Source: Lama glama (Eukaryota). Taken from it: a DNA stretch of 64,000 nucleotides. A program made the position numbers and the translations under genes. The stretch spans positions 47,122,001 through 47,186,000 of the forward strand of contig CM052817.1 of assembly GCA_028534125.1 (NCBI GenBank), in the 5' to 3' direction. Shown one piece after another: positions 37,301 through 50,270 of this stretch. The notes beneath the pieces were generated by a model. It saw only the letters and a list, made by a program, of their open reading frames with translations, was not told the DNA's origin and did not search any database. The stretch's first letter is position 1. Each line of letters opens with the position of its first letter.

Positions 37301-39700
37301 TTAGGTCAAGTTAGTTTAAACTATTGTTCAAAACTTTTCTTTCCTTGTTGATCTTCCGTTTTATTTTGTCCACTATTGAATGTATGGTATTGATGCCTTC
37401 AGCTATTAATGTTGATGTATTTTCCCCTTTAATTCTGTCAGCCTTTGTGTCATGTATTTGGGGGCTGTGTTGTTTGTATAATATACATTTATGATGCTTG
37501 TATCTTCTTGATGGTTTGACACTGTTATCATTATAAAATGTCCTGAGTGACTTTTTAAGTTCATTTTGTCTGATAATAAATAATACAAACACTTTGAATT
37601 ATTGCCTGGGATTACTTGCTTTCAGCCTGAAGAACTTCATTTAGTATTTATTAGAAGCTGGATTTGCTAGCAATGAATTTTCTGTTTTGGGAATGTATTT
37701 TATGTTAATTTTTGAAAGAGTTTTGCATGGTATAAAATTCTTAGTTTTTTGGTTTACATTTTTCCCCCCTTTCAACACTTTGAAAATGCCATGCCACTGA
37801 CTTCTGGCCTTCATTGTTTCTGATATGATGTCAGATTTTAATTTTATGGTTATTTCCTTGTTTCATTTCTTCTCTTGGTGCTTTAAAGATTTTTTTCTCA
37901 TGTCTTTGGCTTTCAACATTTTTACTATGATATGTCTGGATGTAGAGCTCTTTGTCTTTATCCTACTTTGAATTCAGTAAGTTTCTAGATGTGTAGTTTT
38001 AAAAAAATCAAATTTGGGAACTTTAAGTTATTATTGCTTCAATTTTTCTTCTTATTTCTCTCTTTTTTCCTTCTGACACTCTCACTACATGTTTGCTAGT
38101 TTGCCTAATAGAATTTCACATTTCTCTGAGGCTCTGCTTATTTTCTATATTAACTTTTCTCTTTGTTCTTCATATTGCCTAATCTCTATTGATCTGTCTT
38201 CAGGTTTGCTGATTGTGTCTTCTGCCAGGTCATATCTACTGTTGAGCCCGTCTAGTGAGTATTTCATTTCAGTTATTGTACTTCCAGAATTTCTATTTGG
38301 TTCTTTTAAAACATAATTTCTCTCTTAATTGATATCCCACATTTAATGGCACATTGTCATCATACCTTCCATTATCTCTTTACTTCATGGTAATTGCTTT
38401 ACAGACTCTTTTTGGCTACATTGACATCTGGGCCCTTCTCAAGGCAGTTTCAATTGCCTGCTTTTTTTTTTCTGTATGTGGGTCCCACTTTTCTGTTTCT
38501 TTACATGTTTCATTATTTTTGTTGAAAATCAAACCTTTTAGCTAATCTGCTATAGTACCTCTGTGTACAGATTCCTCTTCTTCCTCTCCACTCTGTGGAG
38601 CTTGTTGTTGTTGCTTGCTTCTTTGTTTAGTGACCATGTTGGAATGTTTTAATAAAGTCATTTTCTTCCTCCAGGGCACTATTTGACTGTCTCTTTCCAT
38701 TGTCTTTCTGTTATCCTGCCTGCCTATGCTGACATCACACCTACCTGTTAGGCTCCACTGATTGCTTTCTTGTTTTTGACAGTGCCTGGGAACATACATT
38801 TCCCCATAGTCTGATCCAATTAAATCGAGCCCCTTTGAAGGGGAAGTGTTTAAGGTTGGACTTCAAGGTTTGTTTTGACCCCAGGAGGGCTCTTCCTAGC
38901 TGTATTTTTCCCTGGGTCTTTCCAGTAAACTTCAAGCTGATCTATGGTTAGTTGTTGGTCTGTAAAGTTACTGGTCAACTCTTAATTGCTTACCACCAGA
39001 ATCCCCACTGTTTCTGAGAGTACCCTTAGGCCTGAAGTTCCCACTGTCTATTCCTAGTGAAGTTAATCCCTCTAGGAAGCACTTTTTTGGGGGGGGCGAT
39101 GCAGAAGCACTTTTGAACTCCTTTTTCTTCTATCCTACCTCTCTCCCCTGGGCAGAACCTCTGCACCACTGCCCTAGGCCTGAGGGAGGAGATGGAGTCC
39201 TGCTTCTCTAGAAGAGACACGCCTCATTTACGAGTAGCATGCTAGGCATGGGCTGTGCCTCTGACTCTTCTCAGATTGCCTCTCTTGGCATGAAACCTTT
39301 GCCCTGTGAGTGAGTTGGAACAATATTATTGGTCTGCTGTACCTGGGGAAGAACTTCTGCCCTATGAATGAGTACTGGGTAGAGGAAGAGAGCCTCTAAC
39401 CCTCAACTCTTCTTGCCTGGAATAGGGCTTCTGCAACATGGAGTTGAGGTGGGTGGAGATGGGAAATGTCAGTGGCCTGCCTCTCCTGGAGAGATACTGT
39501 AGCCCTTGCTTGGGTGTTTGACAGTGAAGAGATCCCTGTGTTCCTGGCTATTCCCACCCAGAGTGGATATTCCATCACACTGAGCAGGGAGATAGGACTG
39601 TAGCAAATTGTTAAAATGCCATAGACTTTCATGGTTGTTACTAAGATTAAGTAGATTTTCTTCAGTAAGTGTTTCCTCATTTGCTATATGCCCTTAAGAC
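34310..39700 (-). mobile_element. Old L1 (L1M-type) ORF2/ORF1/5' region, decayed, interrupted by an LTR
   Basis: Antisense ORF2 motifs (gcatttgttgaaaagactat, catccttgtcttgttcct). Endonuclease-like INVYYTNNTAPKYMTQRLTELKG in ORF 37406-37588. Confidence 0.85.
36492..37145 (-). mobile_element. Solo ERV1-type LTR related to 24689-25196
   Basis: TG..CA termini, near-TSD AGTT/AATT; shares gaagtcaaatct..gccatcttggg and gtgccctgccc..tctca with the 24.7-kb LTR. Confidence 0.85.
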
Positions 39701-39718
39701 AATTTCTAGAGTTTAAAT

Positions 39719-39719
39719 G

Positions 39720-39755
<36 letters not shown>
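39719..39755. repeat. (ATTG)n tetranucleotide repeat
   Basis: Direct inspection. Confidence 0.95.
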
Positions 39756-40357
39756 TGTAATTATGGTTATTTTCCTCTTTGGTTGATTATTCTGTAAAAG
39801 TCCTCATCCTGCCCTTCTATATGTTATCCATCTCTAGTCCTTCTTGATTTTTCTTTTTTCACTTTTTGGCAATCCCATCTTCATTGATTGACCAATCCTT
39901 TTGGGTGACTTCTCAATATAAGTCCGTTGTAAAGTATATTCACTTGGCTTCTCCCAAGATAGTCCTTCCACCTATAAATTGATATGTAGAAGATTTTTGT
40001 AAAGATTGAGAACGTAGCTCTGTGAAGTAAGAATCTATAAATATTTAATAATTCAAATACCTTGTATTATGTGGTCATTTCCTTTGAATAATCTGACGTT
40101 ACTGAGATTAAATTTACCTGATTAAAGATAATGCTGAGTAAAGAGAAATCAGATTATCCTATTGCATGCTTTTTAAAGAGTTCTTTAGAGAGTAGGAGAG
40201 ATTTTAAAACCTACAGTGAAACTGAAACTCCTAGTCTAAGGCAATACTTCTTATGTTGTTGACACACTCCTGTGGCTCGTGAGCCTACAAAATGATCAAG
40301 AGGGACATTCGTATAGAAAGAAGAAATGACCAAAAAAGTGTTGGAGGAAATATCAGA

Positions 40358-40797
40358 TATTGCTGAGTAACTAGCTATACCAAAACCCAGTGGCTTAAAG
40401 CAATAATTATTTATTATTTTTCATGATTCTGTAAGTCAACTTATCTAGGCTAAGCTCAGGTGGACAGTTTTGCCAATCTTGACAGAGTTCCCTTTCATGT
40501 CTACTGTTGGCTGGAATGGCTCTACTCAGTGTATCTCTCATTGTCCTCTCCCCATGATCAGCAAATAGCCCCAAGATGTCTTCCCCTTATAATGAAAAAG
40601 ATGCAAGGGAGTAATTGGAGACATGCAAGGCCTCTTGAGGCCTAAGTTTGAAACTGGGCATTGTAACTTCTACCTCATTCTTCTGACCAAAGCAAGTCAC
40701 ATTGGGTGTGGAAATATTCTTTGCTTTAATGGGAGAAACTCCAAAGTCACATAATAAAGTAAAGAATTAGGGTCACTAGTGCAATCAATCTACCACA
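40358..40797 (-). mobile_element. MaLR LTR (MLT1-type)
   Basis: attgctgagtaac..agtggcttaaagcaa..gcaaggcctcttgaggcct..ccaaagcaagtcaca..ctaccaca. Confidence 0.75.
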
Positions 40798-43517
40798 AGG
40801 AGTTAGGTAGGAAGTAATGAGAGTTTCCCCAGTTCAGTTATTTCTGTCAAATGTAAGTTAAGAGTTTAATTTTGTCAAACTAGAAAAAAGAACAATCTTT
40901 TGCAAAATATACCAATTCTCTCTTGTTGAGGAAGTGTGTATAATACAGAGAACTAGAGAAACCTGGGAAGGAGTTCACCAGCCATTGTATAAGTCAGCAG
41001 ACTGGTTCTTACTATATGTGCACTTTTTTTTGATGACAAACACTTATTTTGTGCTTTCGTATGTGTCTGTCTTTTGTAAGGGTATAGCAAATTATTCTGG
41101 AAAGCAGGTAACTAAGCATTTCTAATTCTTGAGAAGTTAAATCTTTACTTTTCTCAGGAATGTGCAGCATCAGCAGGTTTTGTTTGTCTTTAAAATGAGG
41201 AGGATTCTAGTGAAGCTGACTTGTTACTCCACAAATATCTTAAAACTGTGGAACTTTCCCTCTGGAATTATTATATGTGAATGGATTCCTACATTTTACA
41301 ATGGAAAAGCATGAAATCATAGCCGGCTTGGCTACTGCTGTTATTCATTTAGCAGGTTTTATTCTTTTAACAGTTAAACTTCCATTATGTTTTACTATTT
41401 GTTACATACCATTTTTATGTGTTTCACAGTTTTATGCATTTTGCAGTTAACTGTTTGAAAGAACGTTCAGTCCTTGAAAGTAAGAGTGATTTACCATTCT
41501 TGTGCTTTTGTCTTTACTAAGGCTGTGTGCATTTTTTAAAAGATAATAGTAAACTCTGCTATTAAAACAGGTCTTTGCACTTTATTTTTCTTGCTACCTA
41601 TAGCAAGTCCTAACGCTACAAATGTGATGGTGTGTGCTTGCAAATGTATATATGCACAGCATACATACCTACAAATATTAGATTCTGCATCAAACACACA
41701 AACAACCACAGGTGAAAAGGAACAGAAAGCTCTGGTAATCATTACACAAATTTTCAGAAAACACACACACAAATAAAGGCTAAGTTGGTAATAGTATTTA
41801 AAATGCCAAGTGTTACAGAAAATATATGTAATTTTAAAGGAATTCTTATTTATCAGAAGTTTTATTCATTATTCATAGTTAATGACACACTAAATTTTAA
41901 AACCGGATTAATTATGATATTAGAAAGGACTTGTATAGTTGGAGAAAATGTATTTCTATGCATTTGTAACAGTAATTTGCAAAATTATAAGAAAGGAAAA
42001 AGCTGTTTTAGTCTATCAGATTTATTTTTATATGTTAACATATGTAAGGTATGACTTTAAGGTAAAGAGAATATTGTACTTTTTAAAAAGCCAAGCATCT
42101 TAAATGTATAGGATGTATACTTCAAAATATGTGTTGTTCATCAGATCATCAAAGGAAGAAGTCAAATCTTTTCTGAAAAGGAATTTTTTAATTGCTACAT
42201 AAAGAATTAATCTGTGAGTTTCATAAGAAAATCACTCTCATTTCCTTAATTTCAGTCTTATCCATAAATATTCAGCGTGATTTTTTTTTACTTTCTTCTT
42301 CAGACTTTACTTGTAAAAACTCTATTTTGTTAATAGTAAATAAATTCACATGATTCTCTGACCTAGAAGATACCAAAGTTTGCCTTTGTGGATATTCTTT
42401 CAGACACATTTTAAGGAAATATAGTTATGTAAGTGTGTTTATTTCTTTTGGATTTTTCAAGGTAAATACTAATGTGCTCACAAACAATTTCTTTGTTTTG
42501 TTAAGGAAAATCTTGGAGATCATATCATATCCATACATAGTTTTCATATTTTTCATGACTGTAGAGTACTTCATGTATAAACCAATCCCCAGTTAATGAA
42601 CAGTTAGCAGTGAATAGCTTTGTAGTCAAATGACTTATGACTCTTTTTAAAACCAAATTCACTTTCAAGGGATAAGAATCACAGCACTGTGAATATTAAC
42701 AAGACTGTACTACAGATCTTGAAATAAGTGAGCAAAACTATTAAGCAAATGATATTACAAAGGTACTTTGAATAATATGACATTAATTTGGATGTATACA
42801 TTCTGGCATGTGTTTTAAAAAGAATTATCAGTATTTTTCAGTATATCTCTTTATTTTGGTGACAGTACAATGACTTGTTTTTCTTGTGTCCCAGCCCTAA
42901 ATAATATGGGAGAGAAACTTAATTTTGTTTTTTCTTTTTGCTTTTTTGGGGGAAATGCAAATAGTTCCTACCTTATTAAAATAGCTCTTTAACAGTTTAT
43001 AAAGTGGTAATGAAATCCTGTGAAGCAGTTTTAGTTATTTTGTCTCTTTTCCATCTTATTGAAGAGCAAACTGAGATTTAGAGCAACTGAAAAACTTGTT
43101 TATGTCACGGAACTAGAAATTGACAGAAACAGGATTTGAATCCTTTTCATAAACTAAAATAAATTAGTACTATGGTTTCTTTAATAAGAATGACTAGGGA
43201 ATGTGGCTGATAGAATGATGATAATATCTAGATGAATGTAGAATCTAGTGAGACAGCATCAAACTTCACAAAGCTTGATAAGAATCCAGAATCCAATTAG
43301 GGATCAGTGAAATTTGTTGAATCCAATCAATTGTGGAAGAATTAGCAACATGGATGGCCTTGGGTAGAATCATCCTAGAATGATTATTTGTCTGCACTAC
43401 AGGATGTTAGGATCTACAATTTCAACTCAGTAAGTTCAGCCTGTGTGAGACAATAATGTTCCCCTAAATTGGGTAAGTGATTTAACCCTAGTACAATTTT
43501 GAATTAAAAATACAGAT

Positions 43518-46179
43518 GTCTTTTTGCTTTGTTTATGGTTTCCTTTGCTGTGCAAAAGCTTTTAAACTTAATTAGGTCCCATTTGTTATTTTTGCTTTTG
43601 TTTCCATTACTCCAGGAGACGGATCCAAAAAAATATTGCTGAAATTTATGCCAAAGAGCGTTCTGCCAATGTTTTCCTCTAGGAGTTTTATAGTTTCTGA
43701 TCTTACATTTAGATTTTTAATCCACTTTATGTTTATTTTTCTATATGGTTTTATAGGATGTTCTAATTTCATTCTTTTACATGTAGCTGTCCAGTTTTCC
43801 CAGCACTACTTATTGAAGAAATTGTCTTTTCTCCATTGTATATTCTTGCCTCCTTTGTCATAGATTAATTGACCATATGTGTGTGGGTTTATTTCTGGGC
43901 TTTTTATTCTGTCCATTGATCTATGTGTCTGTTTTTGTGCCAATACCATACTGTTTTGATTACTATAGCTTTGTAGTATAGTGTAAAGTAAGGCAGTGTG
44001 ATTTCTCTAACTCCTTTCTTTTTTCTCAAGATTATTTTGGCTATTCAGGATCTTTTGTCTCCATATATATTTAAAAAAAATTCTTTTGTTCTAGTTTTGT
44101 GAAAAATACCATTGGTAATTTGATAAGGATTGCATTAAATCTGTATATTGCCTTGGATAGTATGGCAACTTTAACAATATTGATTCTTCCCATCCAAGAA
44201 CATAGTATATCTTTCCATCTCTTTGTGTCCTCTCTAGCTTCTTTCATCACTGTCTTATAATTTTCAGAATACAGGTCTTTTGCCACCTTGGGTAAATGTA
44301 TTCCTAGGTATTTTATTCTTTTTGATCTAATGGTAAATGAAATTCTTTTCTTAATCTCTCATTCTGATATTTTGTTGTTAGTGTATAGGAATGCAGCAGA
44401 TTTATGTATATTAATTAATATCCTGAAACTTTACCAAATTCATTGATGAGCACTAGTCGTTTTCTGGTGGTGTCTTCAGGATTTTCTATGTGTATTATCA
44501 TGTCAACTGCAGTGACAGTTTTACTTCTTTCTAATTTGGATTCCTTTTATTTCTTTTTCTTGTCTGATTGCTGTGTCTAGAACTTCCAAAACTATGTTGA
44601 ATATAAGTGGTGAGAGTGCACATCCTTGTCTTGTTCCTGATCTTAGAGGGGATGCTGTCAGCTTTTCACCACTGAGCATGTTAGCTGTGGGTTTGTCATA
44701 TATGACCTTTATTGTGCTGAGGTATGTTCCTTTTATGCCCACATTGAAGAGTTTTTATTATAGATTTTGAATTTTATCAAAAGCTTTTTCTTCATTTATG
44801 GATTTCATTCTTTAATTTGTTAATGTGGTATATCATATTGATTGATTTGTGGACAATGAAAAATCCTTGCATCACAGGGATAAATCCCAGGTGTACAATT
44901 ATGTTGATCATGGTGTATGATCCTTTTTAATATATTGTTGGATTTGATTTTCTAGTATTTTGTTGAGGATTTTTGCATTTATGTTTATCAGTGATATTGG
45001 TCTGTAATTTTTATGTGTGTGTGATGTCTTTGTCTGATTTTGGTATCAGGGTGATGGCTCATGGAATGAGTTTGAAAGTGTTCTTTCCTCTGCAATTTTT
45101 TTTGGAATAGTTGAAGAAGAATAGACATTAACATTAACTTCTCTAAATGGTAGAATTCAACCGTGAAGCTATCTAATCCTAGACTTTTGTTTGTTTGGAG
45201 TTTTTACATTATGTATTCAATTTCGGTACAGGTAATTGGTCGTTCATATTTTCTATTTCTTCCTGGTTCAATCTGGAGAGATTGTACCATTCTGCAAATT
45301 TGTCCCTATCTTCTAGGTTGCTCATTTTATCAGCATATGGTTGATCATAGTAGTCTCTTATGATCCTGTGTATTTCTGTGGTTTCACTTGTAATGTCTCG
45401 TTTTTCATTTCTGATTTTGTTGTTCTGTGCTCTTTCCCTCTTTCTCTTGATGAGTCTAGCTAAAAGTTTATCAACTTTGCTTATCTTTTCAAAGAACCAG
45501 CTTTTAGTTTCATTGATTATTTTGTTTCTTTTTAGTCTCTGTTTCATTTATTTCTGCTCTTATCTGTATGATTTCTTTCCTTCTACTAACTTTGGATTTT
45601 GTTGCACATGATGTGACTGATAGAGGATTAACTTCCAAAATATACAAACTGCTTAAACAGTTCAATATAAATAACAAACAAACAAACAACCCAATAAAAA
45701 AATAGAGGACATAAATATTCATTTCTCCAAGAAGACATACAGATGGCCTACAAGCACATGAAAAGATGCTTAACAGTGCTAATTATTAGAGAAATACAAG
45801 TAAAACTACAATGAGATATTATCTCACTCCAGTCAGAATGGCCATCATCAAAAAGTCTACAAATAATAAATGCTGGAGAGGGTTTGGACATAAGGTAACC
45901 CTCCTACACTGTTGGTGGGACTGTAAATTGGTGCAGCACTATGGAGAACAGTATGGATGTTCCTTAAAAAACTAAAAATAGAGTTACCATATGATCCATC
46001 AATTCCACTCCTCCGCATATATCTGGAAAAAACAAAAACTCTAATTTGAAAAGATACATGCACTCCAGTGTTCATAGCAGCACTGTTTACAATAGCCAAG
46101 ATATGGAAGCAACCTAAATGTCGATAGACAGATAAGTGGATAAAGAAAATATGTTGTGTGTGTGTGTGTGTGTGTGTGT

Positions 46180-46231
<52 letters not shown>

Positions 46232-46693
46232 GCAATGGACTATTACTCAGCCATAAAAAAGAAAGAAATAATGCCATTTGCAGCAACATGGATGGACCTA
46301 GAGATTATTATATTAAGTGAAGTAAGTCAGACAGAGAAAGACAAATATTATATGATATCACTTATATGTGGAATCTTAACAAATGATAAAAATGAACTTA
46401 TTTACAAAACAGAAATAGACTCACAGAAAACAGATTAGTGGTTATCAAAGGAGAAAGGGAGGGAAGGGATAAATCAGGAATTTGGGATTAACAAATACAC
46501 ACTACTATATATAAAATAGATAAGCAACAAGAGTCTACTGTATACCACAAAGAACTATAGTCAATATCTTGTAATACTTACAATGAAAAAGAATCTGAAA
46601 GAGAATATATATATATTATATATATTTATAAAACTGAATCACTTTGCTGTATACCTGAAACATTATTAATCAACTATACTTCAAAAGAAATTT
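43518..46693. mobile_element. L1 with 5' inversion (twin priming): 43518-~45600 antisense ORF2, ~45603-46693 sense 3' end
   Basis: RT motifs [24 protein letters not shown] and [17 protein letters not shown] on minus; FAATWMDLEIIILSEVSQ on plus. Near-TSD AAAAATACAGAT/AAAAATATAGAT at a TT/AAAA site. Confidence 0.9.
46153..46226. repeat. (TG)n-TACATA-(CA)n self-complementary microsatellite inside L1
   Basis: Direct inspection. Confidence 0.95.
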
Positions 46694-48569
46694 AAAAATA
46701 TAGATTATGAAATAAATCAAACCTACAACATTGGTGCTTTTGTGTTAATAAAGATAATCTGTATTTGTTATTTAAAGTGTTTGCTTTGTTTAAGAGAATC
46801 CGATATATTAACTTTGTGATTTAAAACTTTGAAGTATAAGAGAATGAATGTTTTAAAAAGTATTGGAATAGAAACTATTTATATAGTTAAGAATTTATTA
46901 GTTTAAAAAGAGTTGTCTGAGTACTTTGGAGAGTTTTGACTTTTTAGAATTGTAAGTTTGCCCTGTCTGATATATTATAAAGATACATCATGTTGTAAGT
47001 TTATTTTCCTCCATTGTCCTGGGAACTTAGTAGTCCATTTCAATCTAGAAAGTTTTATGGGGAATTCTTCTGAATTATTTCATTCATAATTTTTTCCTGT
47101 TGCTTTCATCCTTCTCTCTGGCCTCTTTTTACTGATTATTAAATCTTTTTCTATTTGTTTAATTTTATTTATTTATTCCCTCTATTTTCTTTGTCTTTTT
47201 GATTTACTTTCTGGAAACTTTTCTCTGCTTTACCCTCCAACACCTCTCTTGAGTTTTTCAAGTCTGCTATCATATTTTTAATTTCCAAGGATTCGTTTTT
47301 ATTTTCTGAATTTAAAGAATCATCATGTTCTTATTTCATGAATGCTAATTCTTCATTTAGTTCTCTCAGGATATTAATGACAGAATTTGCTTGGTTCATA
47401 GTCTATATTTCCTTCCTTCACTTATTTTTGTTTGTTTGGGCTCCTGTCTTTCACATTCGAGACCTATGCATTTTGGCTATTGGCTGTTGTGCAAGGTATT
47501 CAAGGGCTGGTTGGAAGCTTTGTGTGTGAGCTAGAGCTTGTTGGTCTGGGTTCCATTCTCGGGTGATCTAGCTGGATCATTTCAATGGAGAACTTCCAGT
47601 GTCAGTATTTGTAAGCTTTTTTTTTTTTTTTTTTCTTGGGCAGGCAGATTCTCCAGAGAAGATTCTCTTGAACTTGTCTGGAGATCAGAATTCTCACTGC
47701 CAACCTCTAGGGTGCCCTGTGCCTAGGGTGTGTTGGCCTGACAGAATTTTCCAGAGACAAAACCTTCCATCTTATGTGGAAAGGAGTTGTGAAGTGGATC
47801 CGGTGGTTCACTGCTTCTTATATCTTCAGCAAATCTTTCTGATTTTAGTTCTGCCTCTACCTACTCACCCAGAGTTATCTGCATGCCATAAAGTCTAAGT
47901 ACTTTAGGGGCCATGTTTTCCTTATAGGATCTACTTTTTTAGGTCTATTAAGGCAGTTGCCACTTGTTCTGTCTCTTTCTGTCTTTTGGTATAGACTCCT
48001 CTTTCATTCTCTTGGTCCTTGTGAATTTTTGAATTTTGGTCTGATCACTTTACTATAACTTTAGTGAAGTGGTATGAGTGAGCATGAGTTTATCCATCAA
48101 TTTAGTTGGAAAGTTTGCAGTACTTTTCAGACATGCTCAAATTTTTGAATAAAAAGATATTCTATCTAGTCTTGATGACAAACATTTGCTTCCTTACAAC
48201 ACTATTTGTAAAGACTAATATTTATTGTTCTGTTTTTTCCTAACACTATTTGTACATTTGGCGGTAGCTGTATCTGTAAACATGCACAATGTATTTGACT
48301 TATGTGAGTAGATACGTCAACATGATTGATAGGCAGACAACATATAATATTTTCATCAGTTATTTGAATAGTGGCTGAATATATCCAATGCACATGCATT
48401 GAATTTGCTGATAGCATGGGTCACTGGGTAATTGGATAATAGTGTCAAAAAAGCATAAACAAACATATAACTAGTTGAAAGGAGAGGCAAAGGATGGAGG
48501 GCCATAAAAACTAAATCCATATTCTTTAATTAGTGTACACTGGCTATTTTTGAAAATGGAAGGAAAAGG

Positions 48570-48930
48570 CTTATAACTGATGACAAACTAAACATGAATT
48601 AACAATACACTATAAATGTTCATATTTTTTTATATATTAAGGCAAGGTACTGTTTTTTGTCAGTAAGAAAATAGTTTGTTAGAGAAGCTCATTAATCCTC
48701 CCAGAATTAACATTAGTCAGGCCTTAATCACAATTTTATTTAGGGGCCCACAATTTCAGCAAGATATGAGGACCATGAAAAGACTTCAGAAGAAAGCAGT
48801 AAGAAAAATTAAACCACCTAGAGCTAAAATTGGAAAAGAAAGCATAAAATTTGCAGTCATTTAATCTAGTAAGGGAAAAGCTGAGAAGGGATGGAATGAC
48901 AGTCTTTATACAAGTGAAACAATTATGTTT
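48570..48930 (+). mobile_element. L3/CR1 LINE fragment
   Basis: ggggcccacaatttcagcaagatat..cagaagaaagcagtaagaa..atttaatctagtaagggaaaagctgagaagggatggaatgacagtctt resembles the CR1 RT C-terminus. Confidence 0.6.
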
Positions 48931-49429
48931 CAGGGATGCAAAGTACTATCCCTACCCTCCACTCATATGCCACTCCCTCCAAGCTGATTTACATTGTGAA
49001 TTGGATAAGGGAAGTTCCTAGCTTATAATCTTATACATTTGTCTTGAAATAAGGGATGCATAGTCCTTTTAGGTCAAGAAGTGTTTAATGAATTATTGAC
49101 TGAGTAGGGTTGGGTAGAGACATACGGAGCCATCAGATGCAAAAGATACTGAGCACGAAGTTGGGAGGCTCAGACTGGTTCCCTCTTCTGGCGTAAATTA
49201 ATTGCATGATCTTTAAGATGAACCACTTGATCTCCCAATGCCTGAGTTTTTTCTTCTGCAAAGCAAGAAAACAGCCCTGCACCCCAATTTGTTCAGCATC
49301 ATTATGATAGAAAAAAACAGATGCCAACAAGGTAATCCCGTCTCTGCCACCTACTAGAAATCCATCCCTTCTTCGGGACAGGCTTTGGATGGTTTTCCCA
49401 ACTCAGAAGAGACTTTCCCAAACTAGGAA

Positions 49430-49690
49430 AAATGTCAGAGCAGTTAAGTGTGTGGGCTCTAAGAGCCTACTACTACAGGCTTACATCTAACTTAGTTTCT
49501 TATTGGATAGGTATCTTTGGACACATTGCTTTAGTCTTCCAGACCTTATTTTCCTCATCTTTGAAATGAACTCTTTAAAATCATCCTTAAAATTATAAGA
49601 ATAATAATACAGACACAGTAGAATTAAATGTAATGTACTTAAAACAGGAGCCAAAACAAAGTAAGTGCTCAGTAAACATTTATAATTACA
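49430..49690 (+). mobile_element. MIR
   Basis: agcagttaagtgtgtgggctct..ttcctcatctttgaaatg..gtaagtgctcagtaaa. Confidence 0.75.
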
Positions 49691-50059
49691 TTCTGACCCG
49701 TGGGACTTCTGCATCTGAACATCAAGAAACCTCCATTTACACCTCAGTAGCAGTACTTATCTTTGTGTCCAAGTAATATTTTGATTTATATTAAAGATCT
49801 TTGTGTCCTTGCCTTTTTATCCCCACTAGATTTTAAATAAGTTCTTCGAGGGCAAGAATTATTTTATTCTGTTTTGATTCCCTAAACACTCAGGCCTGCT
49901 TCACAGTAGGTGCTTGAAAGTATTTACTGAATGGAAGTAAAAAGCTAAAAGTGCATGTAAAGTGTATCATGTATAATGAAATTAATTTCTATATATGGTG
50001 TGTGAAATTGTAGGTCATTAGATCATTCTTCTTTATAGGAATGACGTCATAGAAAGAGA

Positions 50060-50270
50060 CTGAGTTTTGGAGTCAGACAGCCATGAGTTCAGTTTTCATT
50101 CTTCCACTGATAGGCTTTGCAAGTATAGCTTTACTTCCTTGAGCCTCGGTTATAAAACTCAGGAAGAAGCAAACACTTGGCAGAGCTGTTGTGAGGACTG
50201 CAGACAGTACACTTAAAGCATCTAGCACGATAGTAGGTAAAATACATGAGTAGCTATTACCTTTTGTAAT
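50060..50270 (+). mobile_element. MIR
   Basis: ttggagtcagacag..gagcctcggtt..gttgtgaggactg. Confidence 0.7.

Noticed and set aside
43572..46438. Functional L1 ORF2
   Set aside because: Fragmented by stops and frameshifts, 5'-truncated and inverted.
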